64,000 nucleotides of DNA from an uncultured Candidatus Saccharibacteria bacterium (GCA_964392095.1 CAYMOF010000001.1:12401-76400); one strand, 5' to 3'; shown: positions 10,780-21,109, counted from the stretch's first letter. The notes: generated by a model from the letters alone, not told the origin. A program made the numbers and translations.

Positions 10780-11958
10780 ATGAAATTCGCGGTTATTGAA
10801 TATTCTAGTAAATCGGGTCGCGTCTGGCGTCATACAAACCAAAAACCAAATTATCTATGCGATCCCGAAACCATTATCGACCCAACCAGCTTTGGTTGTT
10901 ATGTTTCCGCCCTTTCCGGAGAACACATCCCCCTTCTTAGTCTAATCATAGGCACAAAATCGACTTGCCCAAAAAACAAACATCATAATCCAGATGACGA
11001 CTTCCCAATCAATCCCCTAACAAAAACCTATCGTCGGGTCTTTAAAAAAGTAACCGGCTCCTGGCCAGCCGGATACTCAATAGACTACCTAAAAAAATTC
11101 GATGCTTTACTAGTTGTTCACCAGATCAGCGACGGTCACGAAATCACTTCATTTACAACCAGAGTTAAAAAAAGGTTCCCTCACATTTTTTTAGTCGGCG
11201 TGCCCACTCAACCATTCGGCATCCTTAAAGATAACTGGCCATCTTGCCCTAGCTCTTTTCAAAACCTAAAAAATTTTATCACGGCCTGCGACACCTTTAT
11301 TACCATCGTTTCCAGCACCAAAAAAGAGTGGCAAAAAATTACCAACCGTCCTGTAACCTACCTACCCCAGCCATATCCCGTTGAGTTTACCCAACGCTTT
11401 TTTTCCCCTCTAAAAAACAAGAAAAAAATTATATTTGTTGCCGGTGTAACCGAAAGAAACAATATAACTAAAGGACACATAATCGCCAATAAATTACAAC
11501 AAATTTTTCCCGATTACAAAATCCATCTCACCAAAACCCCTGGCACCTCCCTCAACGTCGCCAACCTAAAAGACACTAATTATGAAATCGTTCCCTTTCT
11601 TTCCTGGCATAAACACCTCCAATACCTTGCCCAAACGTCCTTAGTTATAAACACTGATTATACCCAAACACGCGGGCGGGTTCAGTGCGATTGCGCGGCC
11701 GTGGGAACTCCTTCTATTGGTGCCGACTCAGATGGTCAACAATTTCTTTTCCCTCAACTACCGGCATCCTCAAAAACCTCACTAAAAACCCTGATTACTC
11801 AAGGCTGTCACCTGCTATCCAGTCAATTTTATTACAAAAATATAGTTAACCAAGCAAAAAATAATCTCACCCAGTACAACTACAGTCTATCAGCCAAACG
11901 TTTCACTAATCTATATAAAAAATATCTTCGCGAAAGTCGTCAACAGCCCGAATCATGA
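10780..11958 (+). CDS. Putative GT-B fold glycosyltransferase (divergent)
   Basis: C-terminal TRGRVQCDCAAVGTPSIG resembles the GT-B donor-binding segment. Confidence 0.6.
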   Translation: MKFAVIEYSSKSGRVWRHTNQKPNYLCDPETIIDPTSFGCYVSALSGEHIPLLSLIIGTKSTCPKNKHHNPDDDFPINPLTKTYRRVFKKVTGSWPAGYSIDYLKKFDALLVVHQISDGHEITSFTTRVKKRFPHIFLVGVPTQPFGILKDNWPSCPSSFQNLKNFITACDTFITIVSSTKKEWQKITNRPVTYLPQPYPVEFTQRFFSPLKNKKKIIFVAGVTERNNITKGHIIANKLQQIFPDYKIHLTKTPGTSLNVANLKDTNYEIVPFLSWHKHLQYLAQTSLVINTDYTQTRGRVQCDCAAVGTPSIGADSDGQQFLFPQLPASSKTSLKTLITQGCHLLSSQFYYKNIVNQAKNNLTQYNYSLSAKRFTNLYKKYLRESRQQPES

Positions 11959-12998
11959 AAAAAATACTGATCAAACACGTAGGCAATATGGGGGATATGG
12001 TTTTCCTAGTCCCGCCAGCTTTAGCCACCCTAAAAAAAGTTTATCCTCACTGCCAAATAACATTTCTTACCGCTTGGGGCTATAAAGACAAACACGGTCG
12101 CTGGGGAAAGCGCTCTCAGGACGGACACTGTATAGCCTTGTCTCTCAATAATCCCCACATCGACCACTTGGCCCACTGGCACGACACCAAAACTTCTCTT
12201 TCAGGCAATATCTGTCAAGAGGAGGGACACAAAATCCCCACCTGGAGTAAAGATTATTATGAAAAAATTAAAAGCTCGTCCGCTTTTGACCTGGTTTATG
12301 AACTGGACTTCGGCATTAGCGCCAATGATAATCCCATAAAGAAAATGTACCAACTGTTAAACCTGCCTGATGAAAATTATTCCGACTATAAGCTGTATTT
12401 CAATCAAAGAGACCTGTCCATAGCTGAAGAAATTATAAAAGAACACCCTTCGCCTCGGATTGTTTTACTTGAATCTCTTTTTGGAAAAACCACTCGTTCT
12501 TGGGACAAACACAAACTTCCCGCTCTTAATCAGGCCATCAAAAAACATTTTGGCGTCAAACCAATTTATTTTGGAAGCCGGTTTTCTCCTTACTATCAAG
12601 GACATCCTCTTACTCTTAACCAAAACATCGCTTTATTAAAATTCTGTCACGTTGCCGTCGGACCTTTGTCCGGCCCTTTACACTTCGCCGCCGCCTGCGG
12701 CTTACCCACCATAACCATACACTGTGATGTCCCTCTGCGTCGTACCGCCCCCGCGTATTTTTTAAATAAATATATAACCAATCCTCAACATCGTCACCGT
12801 ACTATACTAGGACCATCGCCCTGCGTTCACCACCAACTCAAAAATCCTCTTTTTTGCGACAACCTAACTCCTTACGAAGCCAAAAAACAAAACTATAAAA
12901 ACTGGGATAATCCCGGCAACCAGTCAAAAAAATCATGTCTATCTGTAATTACCGTCGATGAAATTATATCTGTTCTTTCTGATATTGTTAGGCCCTGA
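11955..12998 (+). CDS. GT9 family (heptosyltransferase-like) glycosyltransferase
   Basis: KKILIKHVGNMGDMV, LKKVYPHCQITFL, SGPLHFAAACGLPTITI. Confidence 0.85.
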   Translation: MKKILIKHVGNMGDMVFLVPPALATLKKVYPHCQITFLTAWGYKDKHGRWGKRSQDGHCIALSLNNPHIDHLAHWHDTKTSLSGNICQEEGHKIPTWSKDYYEKIKSSSAFDLVYELDFGISANDNPIKKMYQLLNLPDENYSDYKLYFNQRDLSIAEEIIKEHPSPRIVLLESLFGKTTRSWDKHKLPALNQAIKKHFGVKPIYFGSRFSPYYQGHPLTLNQNIALLKFCHVAVGPLSGPLHFAAACGLPTITIHCDVPLRRTAPAYFLNKYITNPQHRHRTILGPSPCVHHQLKNPLFCDNLTPYEAKKQNYKNWDNPGNQSKKSCLSVITVDEIISVLSDIVRP

Positions 12999-13046
12999 TA
13001 CCCTATTCGGAACCAGCCGCTGAAGTATCAGAACCTGCCGGGCCTA
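12989..13046. repeat. Imperfect GC-rich stem-loop
   Basis: TAGGCCC 12989-95 / GGGCCTA 13040-46; TGATAC 12996-13001 / GTATCA 13025-30; TTCGG 13006-10 / CTGAA 13020-24. Confidence 0.55.
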
Positions 13047-13186
13047 GCGCCGCCTCGTTATGTGAGTAGATTCCCTATAGTCTCTTTATCAAAACCGACA
13101 AATAGGTTACAAAATATACAGCTTGAGATTAGTATTATGAAATCGGACTTTATGTAGCGTACACACCACGCCCTTAATTAATATTT

Positions 13187-13915
13187 ATGGACCAATCAAA
13201 GCCTAATAACCATTCAACCTGGATCATTATCCCCACCTACAACGAGAAGGGAAATATTTCTAAAATGATCCACCGTCTCTTTTGGTTAAATATTCCTAAT
13301 CTATCCGTTCTCATAGTGGACGACAGTTCTCCCGACGGCACCGGCTCAATCGTTCGGTCTCTGCAAAAAAAATATCAATCTCTTCACCTTGAACAAAGAT
13401 CAGGCAAAAATGGTTTAGGAACAGCCTACATCCACGGCTTTAAGTACGCCTTAGAAAAAGGAGCATCGGCACTAGTCCAAATGGACGCCGATTTTTCTCA
13501 CAGCCCCGACGACGTGTCTCGTCTTCTAAACGAACTAAAAAAATATGATCTCGTTCTGGGATCCAGATACGTCAACGGCATCAGCGTGATTAACTGGCCG
13601 CTCAAAAGGCTGCTTATAAGCATGGGCGGAAACCTTTATGCCCGCCTGGTCACCGGCCTGCCTTATAAAGATTCGACTGGCGGATTTAAGGCCTGGCGCT
13701 CACCGGCACTTAAAAAAATTAATTTGGACCAAACTAAAGGTAATGGATATGCTTTTCAAATTTCTACCACCTACGCCGCCTGGAAAAAGGGTTTTAAAAT
13801 TACTGAAGTTCCTATAGTTTTCACTGAAAGAACCGACGGGAAATCAAAGATGAGCAAGGCAATAGTATGGGAGGCTATTTGGCTTGTCTGGAAACTGCGC
13901 ATATTCGGCATATAA
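13187..13915 (+). CDS. Polyprenol monophosphomannose synthase (DPM1/Ppm1-like GT2)
   Basis: IIPTYNEKGN, VDDSSPDGT, GLGTAY..GF, QMDADFSH, DSTGGFK, GYAFQ, FTER..GKSKMS. Confidence 0.92.
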   Translation: MDQSKPNNHSTWIIIPTYNEKGNISKMIHRLFWLNIPNLSVLIVDDSSPDGTGSIVRSLQKKYQSLHLEQRSGKNGLGTAYIHGFKYALEKGASALVQMDADFSHSPDDVSRLLNELKKYDLVLGSRYVNGISVINWPLKRLLISMGGNLYARLVTGLPYKDSTGGFKAWRSPALKKINLDQTKGNGYAFQISTTYAAWKKGFKITEVPIVFTERTDGKSKMSKAIVWEAIWLVWKLRIFGI

Positions 13916-13922
13916 AAATCCA

Positions 13923-16193
13923 ATGCGTATAAATTTATATTTATTTCTCGTCATAGTTTGCATTCTTCTCGCCTTCTCCCCCTTGTTAAGGGGGTATTTT
14001 TTCTATAGCGGAGACATGCGCGACGTTTTTATCCCTCTTGAAAAGTTTTTCCGATCTCAACAACTGGTTGGCCAAATCCCCTCCTGGAACCCAAACATCG
14101 CCTGGGGTTTTCCGGTAATTGCCTCTGCCCAAATAGGCTATTTCTATCCACCTCTTTTACTCGGACGTTTTTTGCCTCTTCAAATATATCTCCCTCTAAT
14201 ATTCATGTCTCATTTAATATTTCTGACCATTGGTACCTATTTTTTTGTCCGCCGCCTAGGACAAAGCAAAACCTCCAGCTCTCTGTCAGCTCTTTCTTTT
14301 GCTTTAGGTGCTTACGTAATCCAACACGCCTCCCACCTAAACATAATCCTCACTTTATCCTGGCTGCCCTGGCAACTCTTGATCGCGCATACTCTCGCCT
14401 CCCGAAAAAAATTTAATTTTTTGAGGTTTACTCTTTTTGTCCTGACATTAAGTTTCCCCTTCCTAGCGGGACAAATCCAGATTCCTCTGCTAACAAGCGG
14501 TTTTTCCTCTCTTTTTTATTTATGGCTATCCTTAATCAACAAGAAAACATTCTTTAAGCCCACCCTTTACGTTTTGTCCGCCGCTGTCTTAGTCGTCGCC
14601 CTGGCTTCATGTCAGCTCTTGCCTACCTACGAACTGACGCAATTTTCATCCCGGGCCAACAACAATGATTTTGATATCATCCGAGCCAACCAACACAGCT
14701 TTCCCCTCTACCATTTGCCCACCCTGCTATTTCCACGCTTCTTTGGCAACGACTCAACCTATTGGGGAAAGCGTTTGCAAATAGAGTATGGAATTTATAT
14801 AGGCGCTATTCCTCTAATTCTCTCTTTATGGATTATCTTTAAACAAATCAAGTCAAATAAACCTGTTTTACCTTACGGACGATTCTGGTTATTCGCCGCG
14901 ATTGCCTCTTTTTTGCTCGCCTTGGGAAACAATTCCCCTTTTAGACTTATCGGACTTGAGCCTTCTCTTTGGATATTTTCGGCTCCCGCTCGTTGGCTAT
15001 TATTTACTTGTTTCTCTCTGTCAATCATGTCCGGGTTCGGTTTGGATATACTGTCTAATAAAAACATATCCTTAAGGTCTTTCCAGTGGTTTATCGTTAT
15101 ATTCTTTGCTTTCATTATCGGATTCAATCTTTTATTATTGCTGCCTGCCACTACCCTAGCCGATTACGCACTTGATCTAATAAAAGCAATCCGGCCGGAA
15201 ATTTTGACCGGTCGAGACCTTACCTATTACCAAAACAAACTTCTTAATCTGGTTGTCAGCGCCAAACAAGATAGCATCAGCTTATCCTCTCTCTACACCA
15301 TTATTCCTCTTGTCTCTATCTTGTCCTTTCCTTTCATATTTAACAGAAAAAGAGGACGTCAGGTTATTCTTGGTGTAACTATTTTTGAATTGATAATCTT
15401 TGCCAACAGCACCAACCCCACCACCCCCTGGACAAAAATATTAAATCCCCCCTCCTCCTTAAAACAATTACCTAATCACGTACTGGATAAATCATCAAGG
15501 CTCCACTCGCTGCGCCCTTCCGGAGGAGACACCGGAGCTCTCTTAACTAACCCTTCTTCGCGAGCCGACAAAGAAACCAGAAACGAGCTAAGAAAGCTTT
15601 TGGTACCCCTAGTCCATTCCCAATTCGATGTAGCCGGTATAGAATGGCCCGCTTCTCTTTTTCTTTCTTCTCATGTGCCCCTTTTAGACCAGCTTCGAAC
15701 CTTCAACAAAAGCAGCTACAACCTTGACTTGGCTCGCTCTTTAAATATCGGAGCCGTAACCGCCCCTGCCAGCATGCCTTTGTCCAATATCAACCCTGTC
15801 TCAAAAAGCCAAGATGTTCTAATATACGATTTAGGCGAAAACCCCCGAGCCATTCTCTGTTCCTCTGAAAATAAGTGTGGTGTCAGCGCTTCCTACTCCG
15901 AATTAAACCCCAAGAAAATCAGTATCAATACCGACTCCCCCCAAGACACGACTTTGTTAGTCAAAGACAACTGGTTTCCCGGCTGGTTGGCCACCATAGA
16001 CGGTCTGCCCGCAACCATAGAAAAATCTAATTCCATATTTAAATCAATAAAACTTCCTCCCGGCCAACACACGGTTACTATGGAATATCGCCCCCGCTCC
16101 TTAGAAACCGGTCTCTTTATATCCCTGACAACTATTACAATACTAATAACCATCAATCTCCTGTTATTGCAAACAAAATCAAAACATCCGTAA
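13923..16193 (+). CDS. YfhO-family GT-C membrane glycosyltransferase
   Basis: Likely start ATG 13923; GDMRDVF, WNPNIAWGFP, FYPP, YIG, C-terminal DNWFPGWLATIDG and LPPGQHTVTMEYRP. Confidence 0.85.
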   Translation: MRINLYLFLVIVCILLAFSPLLRGYFFYSGDMRDVFIPLEKFFRSQQLVGQIPSWNPNIAWGFPVIASAQIGYFYPPLLLGRFLPLQIYLPLIFMSHLIFLTIGTYFFVRRLGQSKTSSSLSALSFALGAYVIQHASHLNIILTLSWLPWQLLIAHTLASRKKFNFLRFTLFVLTLSFPFLAGQIQIPLLTSGFSSLFYLWLSLINKKTFFKPTLYVLSAAVLVVALASCQLLPTYELTQFSSRANNNDFDIIRANQHSFPLYHLPTLLFPRFFGNDSTYWGKRLQIEYGIYIGAIPLILSLWIIFKQIKSNKPVLPYGRFWLFAAIASFLLALGNNSPFRLIGLEPSLWIFSAPARWLLFTCFSLSIMSGFGLDILSNKNISLRSFQWFIVIFFAFIIGFNLLLLLPATTLADYALDLIKAIRPEILTGRDLTYYQNKLLNLVVSAKQDSISLSSLYTIIPLVSILSFPFIFNRKRGRQVILGVTIFELIIFANSTNPTTPWTKILNPPSSLKQLPNHVLDKSSRLHSLRPSGGDTGALLTNPSSRADKETRNELRKLLVPLVHSQFDVAGIEWPASLFLSSHVPLLDQLRTFNKSSYNLDLARSLNIGAVTAPASMPLSNINPVSKSQDVLIYDLGENPRAILCSSENKCGVSASYSELNPKKISINTDSPQDTTLLVKDNWFPGWLATIDGLPATIEKSNSIFKSIKLPPGQHTVTMEYRPRSLETGLFISLTTITILITINLLLLQTKSKHP

Positions 16194-16221
16194 TTTTCTC
16201 CATTTACCTCATCAACCAAAA

Positions 16222-16230
16222 TGCTATTGT
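16222..16230 (+). promoter_or_regulatory. Putative extended -10 promoter (leaderless type)
   Basis: TGcTATTGT, 6 nt before ATG 16237. Confidence 0.4.
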
Positions 16231-16236
16231 TTACCC

Positions 16237-17430
16237 ATGCATATACTTTTTTCTATACCAAGTGGATTTCACTTACGAGAAATTCTTCTTCCTTTAAAGC
16301 CTCTCATCGATCAAGACACCTCAATTGAGAAAGTCACCTGCCTGTGCCCGGCAGCGCCGTTTAAAGACAAACTTTTTAAAGAATATAAAGAAAAATATCA
16401 CTTCATTAAAAACCCCACCGATGAAAAAGAAACCACAAAATTGTTAGACCAAATTAAGCCCCAGCTTGTAGTTACCAACACAAGCGGGCTTGATTCTCTC
16501 GATCTGCCCCCCTTAAAATCAGCCCAATCTTTAAAAATCCCCACTTTTACTTTCATCTCCAGCTGGGATAATGTCTGGAAAATGGAAAGGCTAAAAAATG
16601 ACAACGGCTGTCAAATCCTCGCCGATACTATTGTTGTATGGAACCCCACCATGAAAAACCTCCTCCTCAAAATTTTTCCAACAGACCCCGAAAAAATTAA
16701 AATTATCGGCGCTCCCCGCTTAGACTTCTTTCACCATCCGGAAAAAATACCAACCCGCGAACAACTTTTTTCTCACCTCGGCCTAGACGACCCGGAGCGT
16801 AAATTAATACACCTTTCCTCAACCGAACTGTATCCTTTCGACTATGTCGTCAAAACCATAAGCAAAGCAATCGATAGCGATAAAATCAACCACCATCCCT
16901 ACTTATACCTTTCCGTACATCCCGGCGGCGACATAAACCGCCACAAAAAATATACCCAAAAATACAATGTCTTAACTCGCTATTCCTTTGGCAGGTTACC
17001 GACCTCTCCTCACCCCAACTTCCTCTATAATCCCACCATTAAGGACGTATATCTACTAACGTCTCTATTCGTTCACAGTGACCTTCTAATTAATCACTCC
17101 TCAACCACTGCCATCGAATCATTTTTGGGCCACACACCGGTCATAAACATAAATTACGGACGCCCATTTGACTACTTTAATTGGCGCCGCTCAATGGTTT
17201 ACCGTGACTTTAAACAGCACTATCAACAAATCCTGAAAGCCAAAGCGACCAAAATAGTCAAAAACCCCTCTGAACTAATAAACGCGATAAAAGCCTACCT
17301 AAACAATCCGCATGCCGACGCCGACGGTCGCCAAACCGCCTTAAAAAATATCTTGGCATCGGCCGATAAGCCCTGTGCTCCTCAAATACTGTCTCTCATA
17401 AAAACCTCTGTTGGCAGGGGTGATAGGTAG
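16237..17430 (+). CDS. CDP-glycerol glycerophosphotransferase-like GT-B protein (TagB/TagF-related)
   Basis: ISSWDN, VVWN..MK, IGAPRLDF, HPG, SSTTAIES..GHTPVINI. Confidence 0.65.
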   Translation: MHILFSIPSGFHLREILLPLKPLIDQDTSIEKVTCLCPAAPFKDKLFKEYKEKYHFIKNPTDEKETTKLLDQIKPQLVVTNTSGLDSLDLPPLKSAQSLKIPTFTFISSWDNVWKMERLKNDNGCQILADTIVVWNPTMKNLLLKIFPTDPEKIKIIGAPRLDFFHHPEKIPTREQLFSHLGLDDPERKLIHLSSTELYPFDYVVKTISKAIDSDKINHHPYLYLSVHPGGDINRHKKYTQKYNVLTRYSFGRLPTSPHPNFLYNPTIKDVYLLTSLFVHSDLLINHSSTTAIESFLGHTPVININYGRPFDYFNWRRSMVYRDFKQHYQQILKAKATKIVKNPSELINAIKAYLNNPHADADGRQTALKNILASADKPCAPQILSLIKTSVGRGDR

Positions 17431-17469
17431 GATATTGACTTGGTTTTGCAAACAACTATTTTAAAACCA

Positions 17470-17499
17470 TTGACAACTTTCCTTTCTATTACTTATCTT
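17470..17499 (+). promoter_or_regulatory. Putative sigma70 promoter
   Basis: TTGACA 17470-75, 18-bp spacer, TATCTT 17494-99, 8 nt before ATG 17508. Confidence 0.55.
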
Positions 17500-17507
17500 A
17501 CTTAACT

Positions 17508-18350
17508 ATGAAATTTCATTTCATCTGCCACCCCCAGCACAACCAAAAAACCCGAGACCGGCTAAAAGAAGCTTGCGCTAAAAGAAATCTGGACTTTGTT
17601 TCTCAACACTGGATAGCCAAAGAACAGCCCAAACCCCAACCTAAAGACTTACTTTATCGCGCCTCTATTAGCCCTAAAAATATCATTCTTGAACAACAGC
17701 TAATTAATGAATCGATTATCACTTTATACCAAAAAACCCTTTCCTCCTATGTCGATCAATTCTCCAGCCAGCCTTCTCTTTTAACCAAAGCTAACATACC
17801 CACACCAAAAACCCTTAACATCTATTCCTGTGACCGCTCCACCCTTATTGAACAAGTGAATCAACTAGGCGGCTTTCCTGTTATCTTAAAAGTGTTCGGC
17901 GGCAGTCATGGGATAGGCATTATTAAATCGGACTCAACATCCTCTCTTTTTTCAATCACCGACTATCTCCTCTCCAAAAGAGAACTAGTTATCATGCAAG
18001 AATTCATAAAAACAAACTCCTCGGCTCGCTTAGTCGTTCTTGGCAATCAGGTTATTTCCAGCTATAGCTACCAAGTTCCCGCCCACGATTTTCGATCAAA
18101 CACCGGCCCCAACCCCCAAACTAACGCTGTCAACTACTCACCAGACATACAAAAAATCGCCGTGGGAGCTGTAAAGGCCCAGCTGGTTGAGTTCGGCGGA
18201 GTGGATATACTTATTGACGACAATAACCAACCTTACGTTTCGGAAGTTAACTTTCCTTGCAACATCATTCGCGCCGAAGAAGCAACCGACATAGATGTAG
18301 CCGGCTATATTTTGGATTTTCTAATTAACAAAGCAACCCGTTATGACTAG
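17508..18350 (+). CDS. RimK/LysX-family ATP-grasp amino-acid ligase
   Basis: IPTPKT, GGFPVILK..GGSHGIG, QEFI, DFRSN, FGGVDIL, SEVN. Confidence 0.88.
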   Translation: MKFHFICHPQHNQKTRDRLKEACAKRNLDFVSQHWIAKEQPKPQPKDLLYRASISPKNIILEQQLINESIITLYQKTLSSYVDQFSSQPSLLTKANIPTPKTLNIYSCDRSTLIEQVNQLGGFPVILKVFGGSHGIGIIKSDSTSSLFSITDYLLSKRELVIMQEFIKTNSSARLVVLGNQVISSYSYQVPAHDFRSNTGPNPQTNAVNYSPDIQKIAVGAVKAQLVEFGGVDILIDDNNQPYVSEVNFPCNIIRAEEATDIDVAGYILDFLINKATRYD

Positions 18351-18996
18351 GGGGACCTTGACTTTTATTTTTGATGACGGGTATCAATGTATTTGGAACC
18401 ACGTCTTACCCGCCTTAAACGATCTCAAAATCCCGGCCGTATTTTCTGTACCAATAAAATCAACCTCCAAAGAACATCAATCCCACTTTCCTCTAATTCC
18501 ATATACAAGGTGGCTAACCGTTAAAAAGCACGGACATGAAATTGCTGCCCACTCAATAAGCCACACGGATTTAAGTGTCCTTTCTACCCAGGAATTAAAA
18601 AATAATTTAGCCCTACCCGCCTCTTTATTAAAAGCCACTACCTTGGTTTACCCCGGCGGCGCTTATAATAAAAAAATTAAAGCCCTGGCTCGCCAACACT
18701 ACACCGCCGCCCGTTCCACCAATCACGGGCTTGAAACCAAAACGCCTGCGGATTCTTTTGCTCTACACACAATAAATTTCACTCAGAAAAACTTCAGCCT
18801 ATTAAAAGCCAACTATTATGCTTTAAAAGCCTTCTTGCTCAACCGTTGGCTCATTGAGACATATCACATAATTACCCCAGAAAAAACCAATCACCCTTAT
18901 GCTATCCCCTTGTCCACTTTTGTTTCTCACCTTAAATTTGTTAGCCACCTTCCTCTTCACTTTACCACCATAAAAGACTATAAAGGCATCCGTTAA
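18343..18996 (+). CDS. Polysaccharide deacetylase (NodB/CE4 family)
   Basis: TFIFDDG, GHEIAAHSISH, VYPGG. Confidence 0.88.
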   Translation: MTRGTLTFIFDDGYQCIWNHVLPALNDLKIPAVFSVPIKSTSKEHQSHFPLIPYTRWLTVKKHGHEIAAHSISHTDLSVLSTQELKNNLALPASLLKATTLVYPGGAYNKKIKALARQHYTAARSTNHGLETKTPADSFALHTINFTQKNFSLLKANYYALKAFLLNRWLIETYHIITPEKTNHPYAIPLSTFVSHLKFVSHLPLHFTTIKDYKGIR

Positions 18997-19005
18997 ATAA
19001 ATTCC

Positions 19006-20289
19006 ATGTTTCGCTCCACAGACAAAAGCCTACATCCCAAAATAATCTCCGTTACCGGCACCAAAGGCAAGACTACCATTGTCCGTCTGCTGGACCATGT
19101 TCTCGCCCGACAATTTAACAACATTCTAAGGGTAGATACAGACGGCCACTATTTAAACGGAACCCAAAAATCAAACCCTCTGGACAGCTATCAACTTTTT
19201 GGCTTGTTACCAGGATCTTCTCCCGGCAGATTTTTATGGGACCTGCGCGATAAAAAAAATTCCCTGGCCATCCTTGAAGCAACATTCTCCTGTTCAGGGC
19301 ATGCCGGTCTTGGCTATCTTTCACATGACATTGGAATTTTCACCAATGTTTATGGCGACCACTTGGGACGCGACATAAAAAATGCCAAACAAATGGCGCG
19401 ACACAAAGCCAGGTTTATTTTTTCTCGCATAAAACCATCCGGCTTTGCCGTTTTTAATGCCGACGATAAACGCGTCTGTCGTTATCTGAACATGATACCA
19501 CCCTCTCTTAACATTAAGAAAATTCCTGTCGGCATTGATTTTAAGTATTTTTCTCCCAACCAACTCAAGCATCCCCATGAATTCGCCATAACTTGTAAAG
19601 AAAACAACGTAGGCCTGCTAAATAAACACAAGTTTAATCCTTTGTTCGACGCCTCCACTATTCCGTGGACTTTTAATGGTTGTTTTCTGCCCTCCATCTC
19701 TAATCTTATGTTTGTAACCGGTGCCCTAGGCGCTCATTACAACAAGCAAATACCTGCCGAGATTATTAATCGAATTTGCTCATACCAACCCAAAGAAGCT
19801 GGCGGACGATTAATAAGTATAAAAAACGAAGCCCGCAACATCACCGTCCTCCTCGACTTCGCCCACGAAGAAAAATCGCTTCTTGAAATTGCCAAACTCG
19901 CCCGCCAGCTATCTACCAACTCGACTATCAGCGTAATTCGAATAAACCCTGATCGCACCGACGCCTTGATTAAAAAAACCGGCCGCCGGATAGCCAACGC
20001 CTTTGACACTATAATCGTTTACGACAAAATCGATGGCATACACAGAAACGAATTAAAAGTTCCTCGCTGGAAACTTACTCGCCAACCAGGCGCCACTGCT
20101 TCACTGCTGCACTCCGCCATCAAAAAACATCAAAAACCACCTCACCAAACCTTCAAAATTATTGAAGAAAGAAAGGCCGTCGCAAAAGCTATCAGCATTG
20201 CTCAACCGGGAGACGTAATTATTTATATTGTCAACGATAATCATGGAGCCAGCTTAAACATCGCCAAAGAAGCCCTAAATCAATCATGA
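19006..20289 (+). CDS. Mur-type ligase resembling the C-terminal (M) domain of cyanophycin synthetase
   Basis: ISVTGTKGKTT, DIGIFTNVYGDHLG, GFAVFNADD, IPWTFNG, LDFAH, DR.D.LI..TG..IA..FD.IIVY, AI..AQPGDV. Confidence 0.8.
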   Translation: MFRSTDKSLHPKIISVTGTKGKTTIVRLLDHVLARQFNNILRVDTDGHYLNGTQKSNPLDSYQLFGLLPGSSPGRFLWDLRDKKNSLAILEATFSCSGHAGLGYLSHDIGIFTNVYGDHLGRDIKNAKQMARHKARFIFSRIKPSGFAVFNADDKRVCRYLNMIPPSLNIKKIPVGIDFKYFSPNQLKHPHEFAITCKENNVGLLNKHKFNPLFDASTIPWTFNGCFLPSISNLMFVTGALGAHYNKQIPAEIINRICSYQPKEAGGRLISIKNEARNITVLLDFAHEEKSLLEIAKLARQLSTNSTISVIRINPDRTDALIKKTGRRIANAFDTIIVYDKIDGIHRNELKVPRWKLTRQPGATASLLHSAIKKHQKPPHQTFKIIEERKAVAKAISIAQPGDVIIYIVNDNHGASLNIAKEALNQS

Positions 20290-21077
20290 TCTCCGCCGTA
20301 ATCACCACCAAAAATAACGCGGACACTCTGAAAAAGTGTTTAGCCGGTCTCTCGTTCTGTAAAGAAATTATTGTCATTGATTCAGGCAGTACCGACCAAA
20401 CCCTGAAAATTGCCGCTCATCACTCCGCTCGTATTTATCACAACAATTGGCCCGGCTACGGCGCCCAAAAAAACTTTGGTCTCTCAAAAGCTAACTGCAA
20501 GTGGTTATTATTTATTGATGCTGACGAGGAAGTAACCAATAAACTAGCACGGGAAATTGTGTCTGTTGTAAATTCACCCCAATATGATTTTTACTGGCTA
20601 AAGATTACTACCGTCTTTCTCGGCAAAAAACTGAACCATCTATACGGTCACAACCTCCGCCTCTTTAAAAAAAGCAAAGGCCTTTGGAATAATTCACCCG
20701 TTCATGAACAGGTTATCGACAGCTCCGGCAATACCTTGAAACTAAAAAAATCACCTTCTGGCCTTGTTCAGGAACCACTTTTACACCATTCTCACAATAC
20801 CGTCTGCTCTTATTTAAAAAAAATGCGCCACTACACATCCCTTGACGCCCGGAAAATGCATGAACACAACACCCACCGCTCCGGCAAAAAAATTAGACCT
20901 TCCTTTTTTTTGCCCACTCGTCTTTTTGCCAGACAGCTAATTAAAATGTTATTTTATCGCCGCGGACTATTTGACGGTTTCGCTGGAATTACATGGTGTC
21001 TCCTCTCTGCCTACTACGAATACGAGCTAGGAAAAAAATACCTTACTCTCATACACCACAACAAATTACCACGCTAA
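20286..21077 (+). CDS. GT2 glycosyltransferase (WaaE/LgtF-like)
   Basis: IDSGSTD.T, WPGYGAQKN, FIDADE, VHE, GLFDG..G. Confidence 0.88.
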   Translation: MISAVITTKNNADTLKKCLAGLSFCKEIIVIDSGSTDQTLKIAAHHSARIYHNNWPGYGAQKNFGLSKANCKWLLFIDADEEVTNKLAREIVSVVNSPQYDFYWLKITTVFLGKKLNHLYGHNLRLFKKSKGLWNNSPVHEQVIDSSGNTLKLKKSPSGLVQEPLLHHSHNTVCSYLKKMRHYTSLDARKMHEHNTHRSGKKIRPSFFLPTRLFARQLIKMLFYRRGLFDGFAGITWCLLSAYYEYELGKKYLTLIHHNKLPR

Positions 21078-21109
21078 TTTCCACTTTCTAGTTTCTATAT
21101 TCGAATCTC

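Noticed and set aside
12989-13085. Possible glmS ribozyme, SRP RNA or tRNA
   Set aside because: AGCGCC and ACGAGG occur on opposite strands; no SRP domain IV motif or cloverleaf
19006-20289. Peptidoglycan ligase MurE/MurF or full cyanophycin synthetase
   Set aside because: Lacks the Mur N-terminal domain and dcw context; about half the length of CphA1 with no fused ATP-grasp domain
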